64,000 nucleotides of DNA from an uncultured Solirubrobacterales bacterium (GTDB lineage Bacteria; Actinomycetota; Thermoleophilia; Solirubrobacterales; 70-9): assembly GCA_963771265.1 (NCBI GenBank), contig CAVYSQ010000002.1, positions 465-64,464 on the forward strand, written 5' to 3'. A program made the position numbers and the translations under genes. The notes under the pieces are model-generated. The model worked only from the letters and a program-made list of their open reading frames with translations, was not told where the DNA came from and searched no databases. Below are positions 46,278 through 55,524 of the stretch, in pieces. Numbering within the stretch: position 1 is the first letter of the stretch; every line of letters begins with the position of its first letter.

Positions 46278-47723
46278 CTACCCCTGCAGAGTGATGAAAC
46301 GCGCCTCCGTCAACTCTTGGATAGCGAAAGCAGGCCCCTCGCGGGTGTTGCCGGAATCCTTGACGCCGCCGTAGGGCATCTGGTCGGCACGGAAGGTCGG
46401 TACCTCGTTGATCAGGACGCCGCCGAACTCGAGTGTCGCTGCCGCCTCCAGCCCCCGTCCCATGTCGCGGGTGAAGACGCCGGCCTGGAGGCCGAACTTG
46501 GAGTCGTTGGCCATTCGCAGTGCCTCGCCAAAATCGGCGTAGCGGTCGATCGTCGCCACCGGCCCAAAGATCTCCTCGCGCCATACCTTCGCCTCGCGCG
46601 GGGGGTGGGCGAGCAGGGTCGGTGCGAGGCAGCGCCCCTCATCGACCAGATCCCCCCCAGTCAAGAGCTCCGCCCCAGCGGAGACCGCCTCGTCGATCCA
46701 CTCCTTAACCCGGTCACGGTCGCCGGGGGAGATCAGCGGGCCAACGTCGGTCTCGGGATCGAGCGGGTCGCCAACCCGCAGCGACTCGGCGTTGGCGACG
46801 AGGCGCTCGGTGAACGCATCGGCGATCTCCTCCTGGACGAGGATCCGCTGGATCGAGATGCAGCTCTGGCCGGCATGTGAGAAGGCGTGCAGCTTGGTTT
46901 TGTCGGCGGCCGCTTCCCAGTCGCCGTCAGCGTGGACGATCAGCGGCGCGTTGGAGCCCAGCTCCAGGTTGACCTTCTTGTGGGGAACGCGGCTGCGGAT
47001 GTCCCAGCCGACCTTGGCCGAGCCGGTGAAGCTGAGCGCCCCGGTCAGCTCGTGCTCGACGATCGCGTTGCCGACCTCAGAACCAGGACCGGGGACGACA
47101 CTGAGCCAGCCCTGCGGCAGGCCGGCCTCGACCAGAATCGCGGCCAGCTTCAGCGCCGAGATTGGCGTCTGCCCGGCGGGCTTGAGCACGACCGCGTTGC
47201 CGGCCGCCAACGCCGGCCCAAGCTTGTGAGCGACGAGGTTGAGCGGGAAGTTGAACGGGCTGATCGCCCCCACGACCCCGTAGGGGACCCGCGTCATCAC
47301 CCCCAGCTTGCCCACGCCCGCCGACGATGCCTCCATCGGCACCGTGCCCCCGCTCAGCTTGCGCGCCTCGACCGCGGAAAACGTCAGCGTGTCAACACAC
47401 CGTTCCGCCTCGACCCGCGCCGTCTTCAGCGGCTTACCGGCCTCAGCGGCAATCGTCAGCGCCAGCTCATCGGTCCGTTCTCCGGCCAGCTCAGCAGCAC
47501 GATCGAGTACCGCGGCACGCTCGTACTGCGGAAACCCACCAGCCTCGAAAGCAGCTCGCGCAGCAATCGCACACCGATCCACCAGCTCCGCATCCCCCTG
47601 CGCAACCCGCCCAACCAGGGTCCCGTCATACGGGCTCTTGACCTCAGCCCACTCCCCGGTTGCGATCAACTCGCCGCCGGCAAGAAGCTCGTGGTCAACT
47701 GCTTGGACAGTCTTCGTCGCCAT
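46278..47723 (-). CDS. NAD(P)-dependent aldehyde dehydrogenase
   Basis: ISPFNFPLNL, LELGSNAPLIV (catalytic Glu), HAGQSCISIQRILV (catalytic Cys). Confidence 0.9.
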   Translation of the reverse strand: MATKTVQAVDHELLAGGELIATGEWAEVKSPYDGTLVGRVAQGDAELVDRCAIAARAAFEAGGFPQYERAAVLDRAAELAGERTDELALTIAAEAGKPLKTARVEAERCVDTLTFSAVEARKLSGGTVPMEASSAGVGKLGVMTRVPYGVVGAISPFNFPLNLVAHKLGPALAAGNAVVLKPAGQTPISALKLAAILVEAGLPQGWLSVVPGPGSEVGNAIVEHELTGALSFTGSAKVGWDIRSRVPHKKVNLELGSNAPLIVHADGDWEAAADKTKLHAFSHAGQSCISIQRILVQEEIADAFTERLVANAESLRVGDPLDPETDVGPLISPGDRDRVKEWIDEAVSAGAELLTGGDLVDEGRCLAPTLLAHPPREAKVWREEIFGPVATIDRYADFGEALRMANDSKFGLQAGVFTRDMGRGLEAAATLEFGGVLINEVPTFRADQMPYGGVKDSGNTREGPAFAIQELTEARFITLQG

Positions 47724-47738
47724 CCTTCGCTAAGCGTA

Positions 47739-47846
47739 GAGGAGGGCGGGGTGCCCCTCCCACGGAGGCTCAGGGACCACGCCGGAACCCTCCACCCACG
47801 ATCAGCTGCGCAACGGTCTCCGGGGGAGGGGCACCCCGCCCTCCTC
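47739..47846. repeat. 23-bp perfect inverted repeat with 62-nt spacer (element D)
   Basis: 47739..47761 GAGGAGGGCGGGGTGCCCCTCCC and 47824..47846 GGGAGGGGCACCCCGCCCTCCTC pair 23/23, extended by CGGAG (47763..47767) / CTCCG (47818..47822). The spacer holds CCACCCACGATC (47792..47803), which also occurs inverted in element A. Confidence 0.6.
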
Positions 47847-47851
47847 CTCGT

Positions 47852-48841
47852 TCAACCGTCCGGATAAGGCTGGATCGGGATGCCGTGATCGGTCTCGCGC
47901 ATGCCGAACTCGTAGGCAGCGCCCGCGGGGAGGGTGAGCTGCAGGGGAGGGACGGCGGGCCGTTCCACCGTCAGCTCAAGATCCGAGACCGAGCAGTTGA
48001 TCGTGTGATGCTCAGGGCCGGCAGGATCGGCATAGACCCAGCCGACGAAGTCCTTCTCCGGCGCCGACACCTTGCCGCGCACGACTATGTCCTTGCCGGG
48101 GAGGACGAACGAGCACTCGCCCGGAGATGCGTCGATCGTCGCGCCGCGGATCTGGCCAAAGCCGCCGAGGCGGTGGGCTTCGCCGTCGAGCATCAGCATG
48201 CCAGAGGGGATCCAGGGCGTCGTCCAGGGGCCGAGCTTGATCCTCGCTGCACCAGCGTCGAAGTAGGTGTCCGGCGAGTCGGCGAAGCCGGTGCCCTCGA
48301 GCCAGACCCAGCGCTCGGCGTGCTCGCTGCCCCAGTTGTGGCCGATCATCCCGGGCCAACCGCTGAGCTCGATCGTCTCGCCGCCGACCTCCAGGTGGCC
48401 GTCGAAGCGAGCGTTGGGAAAGGGGGCGACGAACTTGGTTTTCGGCAGGCGCGTCTCGTAGAGGCGGTCGGAAGGCAGGTACTTACAGGGCTCGGCGTCG
48501 CCGGCGAAAGTCAGCTCCCACGAGGCCTTGACGGCGTCTGTGTCGACTGCGCCGCGCGCCCTACCGGGCCCAACCTCCGCCCCGTCTACCCGTATCCAGG
48601 AACCGGCCGGAGCGGACAGCTCGGCCGCCGGCACGGTGACCTTGGTCGCCCGCGGCCCATCCGCCTCGCGGTCGAAGAGGACGAACCAGATCGAGGCATT
48701 CGGCTCTGCCCCCGGGCGCTTGTGGACCGTGTGCCGGATCCAGATCCCCCTGCCACCGCCGGGCTGGCACGCCTTGATGTAGAAGCTCTCGTAGTGGCCC
48801 GCCTTGGCGGGCACCCCCGGGAACCGCGCTCCCTGATCCAT
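47852..48841 (-). CDS. hypothetical protein (beta-rich; no confident family)
   Basis: 329 aa with good GC3 bias. The N-terminal GHYESFYIKA and central GHNWGSEHAERWVW are faintly reminiscent of tocopherol-cyclase/AttH-like barrels, but this is not verifiable here. Confidence 0.6.
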   Translation of the reverse strand: MDQGARFPGVPAKAGHYESFYIKACQPGGGRGIWIRHTVHKRPGAEPNASIWFVLFDREADGPRATKVTVPAAELSAPAGSWIRVDGAEVGPGRARGAVDTDAVKASWELTFAGDAEPCKYLPSDRLYETRLPKTKFVAPFPNARFDGHLEVGGETIELSGWPGMIGHNWGSEHAERWVWLEGTGFADSPDTYFDAGAARIKLGPWTTPWIPSGMLMLDGEAHRLGGFGQIRGATIDASPGECSFVLPGKDIVVRGKVSAPEKDFVGWVYADPAGPEHHTINCSVSDLELTVERPAVPPLQLTLPAGAAYEFGMRETDHGIPIQPYPDG

Positions 48842-48851
48842 GGGGCGGAAG

Positions 48852-49925
48852 CTACACCTTGATCGTTATGACATCGCCGTCGGCGACGACATAGTCGCGA
48901 CCCTCGATGCGGAGCAGGCCGCGGTCGCGGCCCGCCGCGTAACCGCCGCACTCGACCAGCTCCCGCCAACCGATCGCCTCGGCTTTGACGAAGGCTTCCT
49001 GGATCTCGGTGTGGATCGTCCCCGCTGCTTCCAGCGCGGTGGCGCCGCGGTGCAACGGCCGCGCGACGGCCTCCTTGTCCTCCCCCGCCGTGAAGAACGT
49101 GATCAGCTCGAGCAGGTCGTAGGCGGCACGGACCAAGCGCGCCAAACCCGAACCCTCGACCCCGTATGACTCGCGCATCTCCTCCGCTTCGGCCGGGTCG
49201 AGCTCGGCCAGCTCGCCCTCGATCCGGGCGCTGACCGCGACCACCCCGGCACCGACCTCGCCGGCGTGGGCGGTGACCTCCCCGGGGGGCTCGGCATCCC
49301 CCTCGTCGACGTTGGCGACGTAGAGGATCGGCTTCGAGGTCAGCGCCTGGAGGTTGGCGGGGCCGTGGGCGGCGGCATCGGGGACCGGGACCGAGCGGGC
49401 CGGCTTGCCGGCCGCGAGCGCCTCGACCACCTGCTCCAGCCAGTCACGCTCCGCGATTGCATCGGCGTCGCCCGACTTGGCGCCCTTGCGCACCCGGTCC
49501 AACCGTCGCCCTGCCTGCTCGTAGTCGGAGAGCACCAGCTCGGTCTCGATCGTCTCGATGTCGGCCGGCGGGTCGACGCGGCCGTCCGGGTGCGGCACGC
49601 CGGAATCGGCGTGGCAGCGGACGACGTGGCAGATCGCGTCGGTCTCGCGGATCGAGGCGAGAAACTGGTTGCCCAGCCCCTCCCCTTCGGAGGCGCCCTT
49701 GACCAGGCCGGCGATGTCGTGGAAGGAGATCGTCGCCGGCACCAACTCGGAGCTGCGCACGGTCGCCGCGATCTGCTCCAGGCGCTCGTCCGGCACCTGG
49801 GCGATCGCCACATTGGGCTCAATCGTCGTGAACGGGTAGTCGCCAGTCTGGGCGCCGCCCCTGGTCAGCGCGTTGAAGAGGGTCGACTTGCCCGCGTTGG
49901 GCAAGCCCACGATTCCCACCTTCAT
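48852..49925 (-). CDS. ychF: redox-regulated ATPase YchF
   Basis: MKVGIVGLPNAGKSTLFNAL, DIAGLVKGASEGEGLGN, and a C-terminal TGS-like domain ending GDVITIKV. The internal start at 49925 is preferred to the 466-aa track ORF. Confidence 0.95.
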   Translation of the reverse strand: MKVGIVGLPNAGKSTLFNALTRGGAQTGDYPFTTIEPNVAIAQVPDERLEQIAATVRSSELVPATISFHDIAGLVKGASEGEGLGNQFLASIRETDAICHVVRCHADSGVPHPDGRVDPPADIETIETELVLSDYEQAGRRLDRVRKGAKSGDADAIAERDWLEQVVEALAAGKPARSVPVPDAAAHGPANLQALTSKPILYVANVDEGDAEPPGEVTAHAGEVGAGVVAVSARIEGELAELDPAEAEEMRESYGVEGSGLARLVRAAYDLLELITFFTAGEDKEAVARPLHRGATALEAAGTIHTEIQEAFVKAEAIGWRELVECGGYAAGRDRGLLRIEGRDYVVADGDVITIKV

Positions 49926-50416
49926 AGGGAGAGGGGAACGATCAGGCCCAGGCCGATGCCGAGCAGGGTGCCGGCGAGGACGTCGGAGGGGTAGTGCATG
50001 CCGAGGTAGGGACGGCCCAGGGCAAGCGCGGCGGCGAGCAGGAATGCGAGCGCGCCGAGCGGCTCGACCCGCGTCATCGCCGTCGCCACAGCAAAGGCCG
50101 AAGTCGCATGGGCGGAGGGAAAGCTGAGCGAGCTGGGAGCGCCGCCGAGCGGCGGCAAGCCCTCCAGCACCGGTCGCGGTCGCTTGACGATCAGCTTGAC
50201 CACGTAGTTGAGCCCGATCGCCAGCGGGCCCAGGATGGCGCAGATCAGCCACGCTTCGCGGTTGGAGCCGTCGACGATCGCCAGCGTGATCCCAAGCGCG
50301 AACCAGATCGCCCCGTTGTTGCCGGCCTTGCCCAGCAGCCTGGCGCCGCGCTCGAGCGCAGGCGAGTGCCCACGGGTGCGCATCGCGCGCAGCAGTCTGA
50401 GGTCGGCGGTCTGCAC
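49922..50416 (-). CDS. PAP2 family phosphatase (undecaprenyl-diphosphatase-like)
   Basis: KRPRP, PSAH, and GMHYPSDV acid-phosphatase motifs in a membrane protein. Its stop overlaps the ychF start (ATGA). Confidence 0.8.
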   Translation of the reverse strand: MQTADLRLLRAMRTRGHSPALERGARLLGKAGNNGAIWFALGITLAIVDGSNREAWLICAILGPLAIGLNYVVKLIVKRPRPVLEGLPPLGGAPSSLSFPSAHATSAFAVATAMTRVEPLGALAFLLAAALALGRPYLGMHYPSDVLAGTLLGIGLGLIVPLSL

Positions 50417-50442
50417 TGGCGGGGCAGGATAATCCGCAAGCG

Positions 50443-51411
50443 ATGCCCTTCGTCCCTGGCTATACCCACGCGCCCGGCCACCACTGCGGCTCGACCGCCC
50501 TGCGCAACCTGCTCGCCTTCCACGAAATAGAGATCAGCGAGGAGATGGCCTTCGGGCTCGGCGCCGGCGCCTGCTTCTACTACGTGACGATCGAGGACGC
50601 CTCGCCGACGCGCTGGTTCAACGGCCGCACCGCCCGCCTCGAGGAGAACTTCAACCAGCTGACGGGGGCGGCACTGGAGCTGCGCACCTTCGAGCGCAGT
50701 GACGGCGGCGCCTGGGACGCGGCGCGCGCCGAGGTCGATGCCGGTAGACCGGTCCTCTTGCTCACCGACCTCTACTACCTGGACCACTACGGCAACTCGG
50801 CTCACTTCCCCGGCCACGCCGTCGTCCTCGCCGGATACGACGAGGAGGTCGCGCATCTCTCCGACACCGGCTTCGAGCAGTTGCAGACGACCCGGCTCGA
50901 GAACCTCGATAAGGCGCGCCACAGCGAGCATCCCGCCTACCCGCTCTCCGGCCACATGTTCACCGTTACCGGCGAGGTCTCATCACGGCAACTGGAGGAG
51001 GCGATCCCGGCGGCGATCGAGCGGGCGGCCCAGGCGATGGTCGAGCCCGAGTTCCGCGGCTTCTCCGGCCTGGACGCGGTGCGCCGCCTCGCCGCCGAAG
51101 CGGGCTCCTGGCCCGAGGTCGCCGAGGACTGGCAGTGGTGCGCCCGCTTCGGCTACCAGGTGATCGAGCGGCGCGGTACTGGTGGCGGCGCCTTCAGGCT
51201 GATGTACGCGCGCTTCCTAGAAGAGGCGGGTCGCAGCGAGGCGCCATTGGCGACCGCTGCCGCGGCCGCCTGGACCAATCTGGCCAACGCCTTCCACGCG
51301 GCAAGCGAGTTCGACGGCCCCAAACCAGACTTGTGGTGCCAAATCGACACTGCGGCCAACCACGTAGCCACGGCGGAGGAGCACCTCTGGACCTCGTTGG
51401 CCAATCCGTAG
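50443..51411 (+). CDS. BtrH N-terminal domain (papain-like) + DUF4872-like protein
   Basis: GHHCGSTALRNLLAF (Cys nucleophile context typical of BtrH_N), GHAVVLAGYD (His). The C-terminal helical half resembles DUF4872. Assignment is from memory of these families. Confidence 0.65.
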   Translation: MPFVPGYTHAPGHHCGSTALRNLLAFHEIEISEEMAFGLGAGACFYYVTIEDASPTRWFNGRTARLEENFNQLTGAALELRTFERSDGGAWDAARAEVDAGRPVLLLTDLYYLDHYGNSAHFPGHAVVLAGYDEEVAHLSDTGFEQLQTTRLENLDKARHSEHPAYPLSGHMFTVTGEVSSRQLEEAIPAAIERAAQAMVEPEFRGFSGLDAVRRLAAEAGSWPEVAEDWQWCARFGYQVIERRGTGGGAFRLMYARFLEEAGRSEAPLATAAAAAWTNLANAFHAASEFDGPKPDLWCQIDTAANHVATAEEHLWTSLANP

Positions 51412-51418
51412 TTGTCCC

Positions 51419-51455
51419 CTATGGAGTCCGCAAACTCCATGGTGTACCGTTTTTA
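51419..51455 (+). terminator. rho-independent terminator
   Basis: CTATGGAGT-CCGCAA-ACTCCATGG (9-bp stem including one G-U), followed 7 nt later by a T-run (51450..51454). Confidence 0.55.
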
Positions 51456-51512
51456 ACTGCGGGAGGCGGGTAGTTCGTTTTTTGAAACCCGTCTTTGGAG
51501 GAGAGGTCCCAT

Positions 51513-54374
51513 ATGAGAGGTTCGCGAGGCCCGCTTGGGCTGCTAGCGCTCATTTCCGCATTCGCCGTTCTCGCATTTGGAGCATCCAGCGCCCAGGGAG
51601 CATTTGGCATCGCCAACTGGGAAGCGCTGACGTGCGACGAAAACGTCGACACGCCGCTTATCCCGGGTGCCCCGGGGGCCATTAAAGGACCATTCCCCCT
51701 TCCGAAAGACGCCGGTCAATGCACCGACGCAACCGAAGACAAATTGTTTACCGAGGCCGCTGAGCACCCGCCCTTCGGCATTACCGATTTCACCCTCAAC
51801 ACCCTGACGGCGCCGGGGGCCGTGGGCTTTCCCGACGGGTTCGTAAAAGAAATCATTGTCGACACGCCGGAAGGCCTCGGCGTCAACCCCGAGGCCACGC
51901 CGGTCAAGTGCACGGTCGCGCAACTGAGCGCAATCCCACCGGCGTGTCCGGCCGCATCCCTGGTCGGCTTCAACTACCTCACGGTCGCTTCGCAGGCACC
52001 CCCCTGCGTCGAACTGCCCGGTCCGGTCCCGGTTCCCTGTGAGAACACCCGGGCCAAACTCCCCGTCTACAACCTGGTGTCGTTCGACGGCGTCCCGTCG
52101 ATGGTCGGGTTCCCGACCAGCGCCCCGGGTGAACCGACGATCATCGTCGGCGACCTCGACCCCAAAGACCAGCACGTCAGGTTCACTATCAGTGACATCC
52201 ACCCACCGGACGGGACCCCGTTCCACCCGCCGATCATCGGGTCGCGCCTCGTCTTCTTCGGCAACTTCACCCCCGGCTTCAGCGAAAACTATTTGACGAT
52301 GCCGAGCAACTGCGCCGGTGGACAGACGTCGATTCTCAACGTCAAATCGCATGAAGGAGCTGAAGACACCGCCAGCTACACGACGAGGCTCGGCGCCACC
52401 GGCTGCGAGTCGGTTCCATTCAAAACCGGTCTTGCGGTGACCGCGAGCGGCGCCACGGATTCCCCAGAACCGTCCACCGTCGACGTCCAGATGCCGGACC
52501 AGCTCAAACCCCTGGACGCGGAGGGCACCTCACATCTGCTGACGGCGAAGGTGACGCTGCCGGAGGGGGCCGGCCTGAACCCATCGTTGGCGAACGGGCT
52601 TACGCCGTGCACCGACGCCCAGTACAAGAAAGGCGCGGACGATCCGGTCGAATGCCCGGCGTCCTCGAAAATCGGCACGATCGAGGTCGACACCCGAGCC
52701 CTCGACCAGGATCTCGGCGGTGACGTCTACGTCGCCGAGCCCACCAGCCAGGTGCCTACCTCCGGCAACCAGTTCCGGGTCTTCCTCCACGCCTTCAACG
52801 ACCGCTACGGCGTCAATGTGCGGCTGGTCGGAAACGTGTTCCCGAACCTGCAGACCGGCCAGCTGACGGTCGTCGTGCCGGAAAACCCGCAGGCCCCGTT
52901 CAACTCGTTCAAAGTCCACATCAACGGCGGGCCGAGGGGGGCGTTGACGACCCCCAACACCTGCGGGCCGCACACCACGACTGCCCTGTTCACCCCCTGG
53001 TCGCGGCCGACCGAAGAAGTGCCGCCCACCAGCGGCAACCCTCAATTCAACCTGGACACCGCACCCGGCGGCGGGCCATGCCCGAAAACGCTCGCGGAGC
53101 GTCCTTTCAGCCCGACCTTCCTTGCCGGGCCGAAAGCGACCAAAGCCGGTGCCTTCAGCCCATTCGAGCTGCGCATCACGCGGCCCGACGGGGCGCAGGA
53201 GATCCGCCAGGTCAAGGTCGACCTACCGCCCGGAATGGTGGCGAAGCTGAAGGGCGTCGAGTACTGCCCGGAGGCAAGCATCGACGCAGCGGGAAGCCGC
53301 TCCGGCAAAGATGAGCTGGCCAGCCCGAGCTGCCCGGCCAACAGCCTGGTCGGTACGACCGGGATCGACGCCGGCTCCGGTCCGGCGCCGTTCCATACTG
53401 ACGGCAAGGTGTACCTCGCCGGCCCCTACAAGGGGGCGCCGGTGAGCATGGTCTTCGTCACCCCAGCGGTGGCGGGTCCATATGACCTGGGCACGGTCGT
53501 CGTTCGGGCCGCGCTCAACATCGACCCCGAAACGGCCGAAGTCCACGCCGTCTCGGACGCCATCCCCTACGTGTTCGGTGGCGTGAAGCTCGACATCCGG
53601 GCGATCGACGTCTCGATCAACCGGCAGAACTTCACCCTCAACCCGACCACCTGTCGCGAAGTGTTCTCGATCGGTTCGGGGATCCTGGGTGGCGGCGGCA
53701 ATCCCGCCGACCCCGCGAGCTGGTTCGAAACGAAGCCCTCAAACGGGTTCCGGGCGAGCAACTGCAAAGCGCTCAAATACAAGCCGAAGTTCTACGCACG
53801 GATCTTCGGTGGCAAAAACCAGGTGAAGCGGGCTGCCCACCCGAAGTTCCGGGCGACCCTCGATGCACGCAACGGCGACGCCAACACGCGCCGGGCGGCC
53901 TTCATCCTGCCCCGCGCGACGATCCTCGATCAGGCGCACATCAAGACGATCTGCACGAGGGTCCAGCTGGCAGCGAACGAGTGTCCGAAAGCGTCGATCT
54001 ACGGCAACGCCAAGGCGACCTCGCCGTTGCTCGACGGCAAGCTCAAGGGCCCGGTCTACCTGACCTCGTCCAACAACACGCTGCCGGACCTGCTGGTCGA
54101 CCTCAAGGGCCAGGTCAACATCCGGCTGCGCGGCGTAATCAGCTCGTCGAACGGGCGCCTGAAAACGGTGTTCCGCAAAACGCCTGACGTCGCCGTGGAC
54201 AAGTTCATCCTGACGATGAAGGGCGGCAACAAGGGGCTGCTGGTCAACTCACGCAACCTCTGCGAAAGGCAGACGACCGGCTTCCTCAACCTGAAGGCCC
54301 AGAACAGCAGACAGCTGAAGAGGAAGAACCTGCGGCTCAACATCCCGGCCTGCCGCGGGGGCAAAAACAGCTAG
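51513..54374 (+). CDS. large secreted protein of unknown function (953 aa)
   Basis: ATG 51513 follows GGAGGAGAGG by 6 nt (the track starts at TTG 51495). Signal peptide LGLLALISAFAVLAFGASSAQG. Many paired Cys. No domain recognised. A/T-ending codons are visibly more frequent than in neighbouring genes. Confidence 0.75.
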   Translation: MRGSRGPLGLLALISAFAVLAFGASSAQGAFGIANWEALTCDENVDTPLIPGAPGAIKGPFPLPKDAGQCTDATEDKLFTEAAEHPPFGITDFTLNTLTAPGAVGFPDGFVKEIIVDTPEGLGVNPEATPVKCTVAQLSAIPPACPAASLVGFNYLTVASQAPPCVELPGPVPVPCENTRAKLPVYNLVSFDGVPSMVGFPTSAPGEPTIIVGDLDPKDQHVRFTISDIHPPDGTPFHPPIIGSRLVFFGNFTPGFSENYLTMPSNCAGGQTSILNVKSHEGAEDTASYTTRLGATGCESVPFKTGLAVTASGATDSPEPSTVDVQMPDQLKPLDAEGTSHLLTAKVTLPEGAGLNPSLANGLTPCTDAQYKKGADDPVECPASSKIGTIEVDTRALDQDLGGDVYVAEPTSQVPTSGNQFRVFLHAFNDRYGVNVRLVGNVFPNLQTGQLTVVVPENPQAPFNSFKVHINGGPRGALTTPNTCGPHTTTALFTPWSRPTEEVPPTSGNPQFNLDTAPGGGPCPKTLAERPFSPTFLAGPKATKAGAFSPFELRITRPDGAQEIRQVKVDLPPGMVAKLKGVEYCPEASIDAAGSRSGKDELASPSCPANSLVGTTGIDAGSGPAPFHTDGKVYLAGPYKGAPVSMVFVTPAVAGPYDLGTVVVRAALNIDPETAEVHAVSDAIPYVFGGVKLDIRAIDVSINRQNFTLNPTTCREVFSIGSGILGGGGNPADPASWFETKPSNGFRASNCKALKYKPKFYARIFGGKNQVKRAAHPKFRATLDARNGDANTRRAAFILPRATILDQAHIKTICTRVQLAANECPKASIYGNAKATSPLLDGKLKGPVYLTSSNNTLPDLLVDLKGQVNIRLRGVISSSNGRLKTVFRKTPDVAVDKFILTMKGGNKGLLVNSRNLCERQTTGFLNLKAQNSRQLKRKNLRLNIPACRGGKNS

Positions 54375-54443
54375 CGGTAGAACGGCGCCGGGGCGGCCCT
54401 CCCTCCGTCCCGGTGCCATCTGCCGTCAGCTATGCATTGAGGC

Positions 54444-55352
54444 ATGGCAGAGGGCGACACGATCCTGCGCGCCGCGCGGCGGATCGAGGCGGCGCTCGGC
54501 GGGCAAGAGCTGGAGGTCAGGGCACGTAGCGGTCAGGCCCGCGCGGCCGGGCTCGAGCGAGTCGACGGCCGCCGGCTAGAGCGAGTCGAGGCACGCGGCA
54601 AGAACCTGCTGCTCCACTTCGGCGACCTCGTCCTCCACAGCCACATGGGGATGAGCGGCTCCTGGCACGTCTACCGCCGCGGTGCCACGTGGCGCAAGCG
54701 GGCTGGCGCAGCTTGGGTGAGCCTGCGTGGGGCCGAGCTGGAAGCGGTTCAGTTCGGCGGGCCAACGCTGCGCCTGCTGAGCGCGACGCAGCTGCGCGCA
54801 GATCCGGCCCTGTCCCGATTGGGCCCCGACATCCTCGCGCCGGAGCTTGATCCAAGCGCCGTACGTGCCCGTCTTCAAGCCTCGCCCGAGCGCGAGCTGG
54901 GCGAGGCGCTGCTCGACCAGCGCCTGGTCGCCGGGATCGGCAACATCTTCAAGAGCGAGGCCTGCTTCGCGGTCAAGCTGAACCCCTGGCGCAAGGTCGG
55001 CGAGCTTCAAGACAGCGAGGTCGAGCGCGTCCTCGAAGCCGGGCGGCGGCTGATGCAGGAATCGGTGGAGAGGGGACGCCCCAGTCGCGCCGTGTATCAC
55101 CGCGCCGGCCAACCCTGCCCTGCCTGCGGCACGCCGATCGCCGCCCGTGGCCAGGGCGACGCCAACCGCCGCACCTACTGGTGCCCTCGCTGCCAGGCGG
55201 GCCGGGAGATCGGACGCGTCGCCGCGCATGCACAGCCCGTAATCGGGTACGTAACTCCCCATGCTGCCGTGGCTCTTCAGACGTGGCTTGAGGCGCGTCC
55301 CGTGGGGGATGGTGTTGACCGTCTCGGTTTGGCTTGCCGAGAAGGGCCGTGA
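54444..55352 (+). CDS. nei: Fpg/Nei family DNA glycosylase (Nei2-like) with Ala at position 2
   Basis: MAEGDTILRAARR.. (compare actinobacterial Nei2 MPEGDTV..), H2TH region, and C-terminal zinc finger CPACG..YWCPRCQ. A 51-aa tail follows the zinc finger with weaker GC3 bias. Confidence 0.8.
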   Translation: MAEGDTILRAARRIEAALGGQELEVRARSGQARAAGLERVDGRRLERVEARGKNLLLHFGDLVLHSHMGMSGSWHVYRRGATWRKRAGAAWVSLRGAELEAVQFGGPTLRLLSATQLRADPALSRLGPDILAPELDPSAVRARLQASPERELGEALLDQRLVAGIGNIFKSEACFAVKLNPWRKVGELQDSEVERVLEAGRRLMQESVERGRPSRAVYHRAGQPCPACGTPIAARGQGDANRRTYWCPRCQAGREIGRVAAHAQPVIGYVTPHAAVALQTWLEARPVGDGVDRLGLACREGP

Positions 55353-55494
55353 ACGAGTGGACCGCAATTTGACGCACAAAGAGCAGCAGGAGTTTCTGCG
55401 CCTGGTCGGAAAATCGAAGGGCCGTCCCAGCAACCTCACCCAGCGGGACCGGACTCGGCTCAAGAACATCGCTGGCAAGGCAATCCGCGGCTAG
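55261..55494 (+). CDS. small hypothetical membrane/basic protein (77 aa)
   Basis: Strong G/C third-position bias, better than the overlapping nei tail frame. One hydrophobic segment (WGMVLTVSVWLA) then a basic region. It overlaps the nei 3' end by 92 nt in another frame. Confidence 0.4.
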   Translation: MLPWLFRRGLRRVPWGMVLTVSVWLAEKGRERVDRNLTHKEQQEFLRLVGKSKGRPSNLTQRDRTRLKNIAGKAIRG

Positions 55495-55524
55495 AGCTCA
55501 CCTTCGCGTCAGCGATCTACCGAT

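Noticed and set aside
48852-50252. 466-aa track ORF suggesting a long N-terminal extension of YchF. Similar 5' extensions appear for 56366..57040, 55525..56391, 58626..60215, 6891..7820 and 34242..34724.
   Set aside because: The extensions are Arg/Pro-rich, overlap better-supported upstream genes (e.g. PAP2), and the homologous protein begins at an internal Met or Val. The internal starts were used instead.
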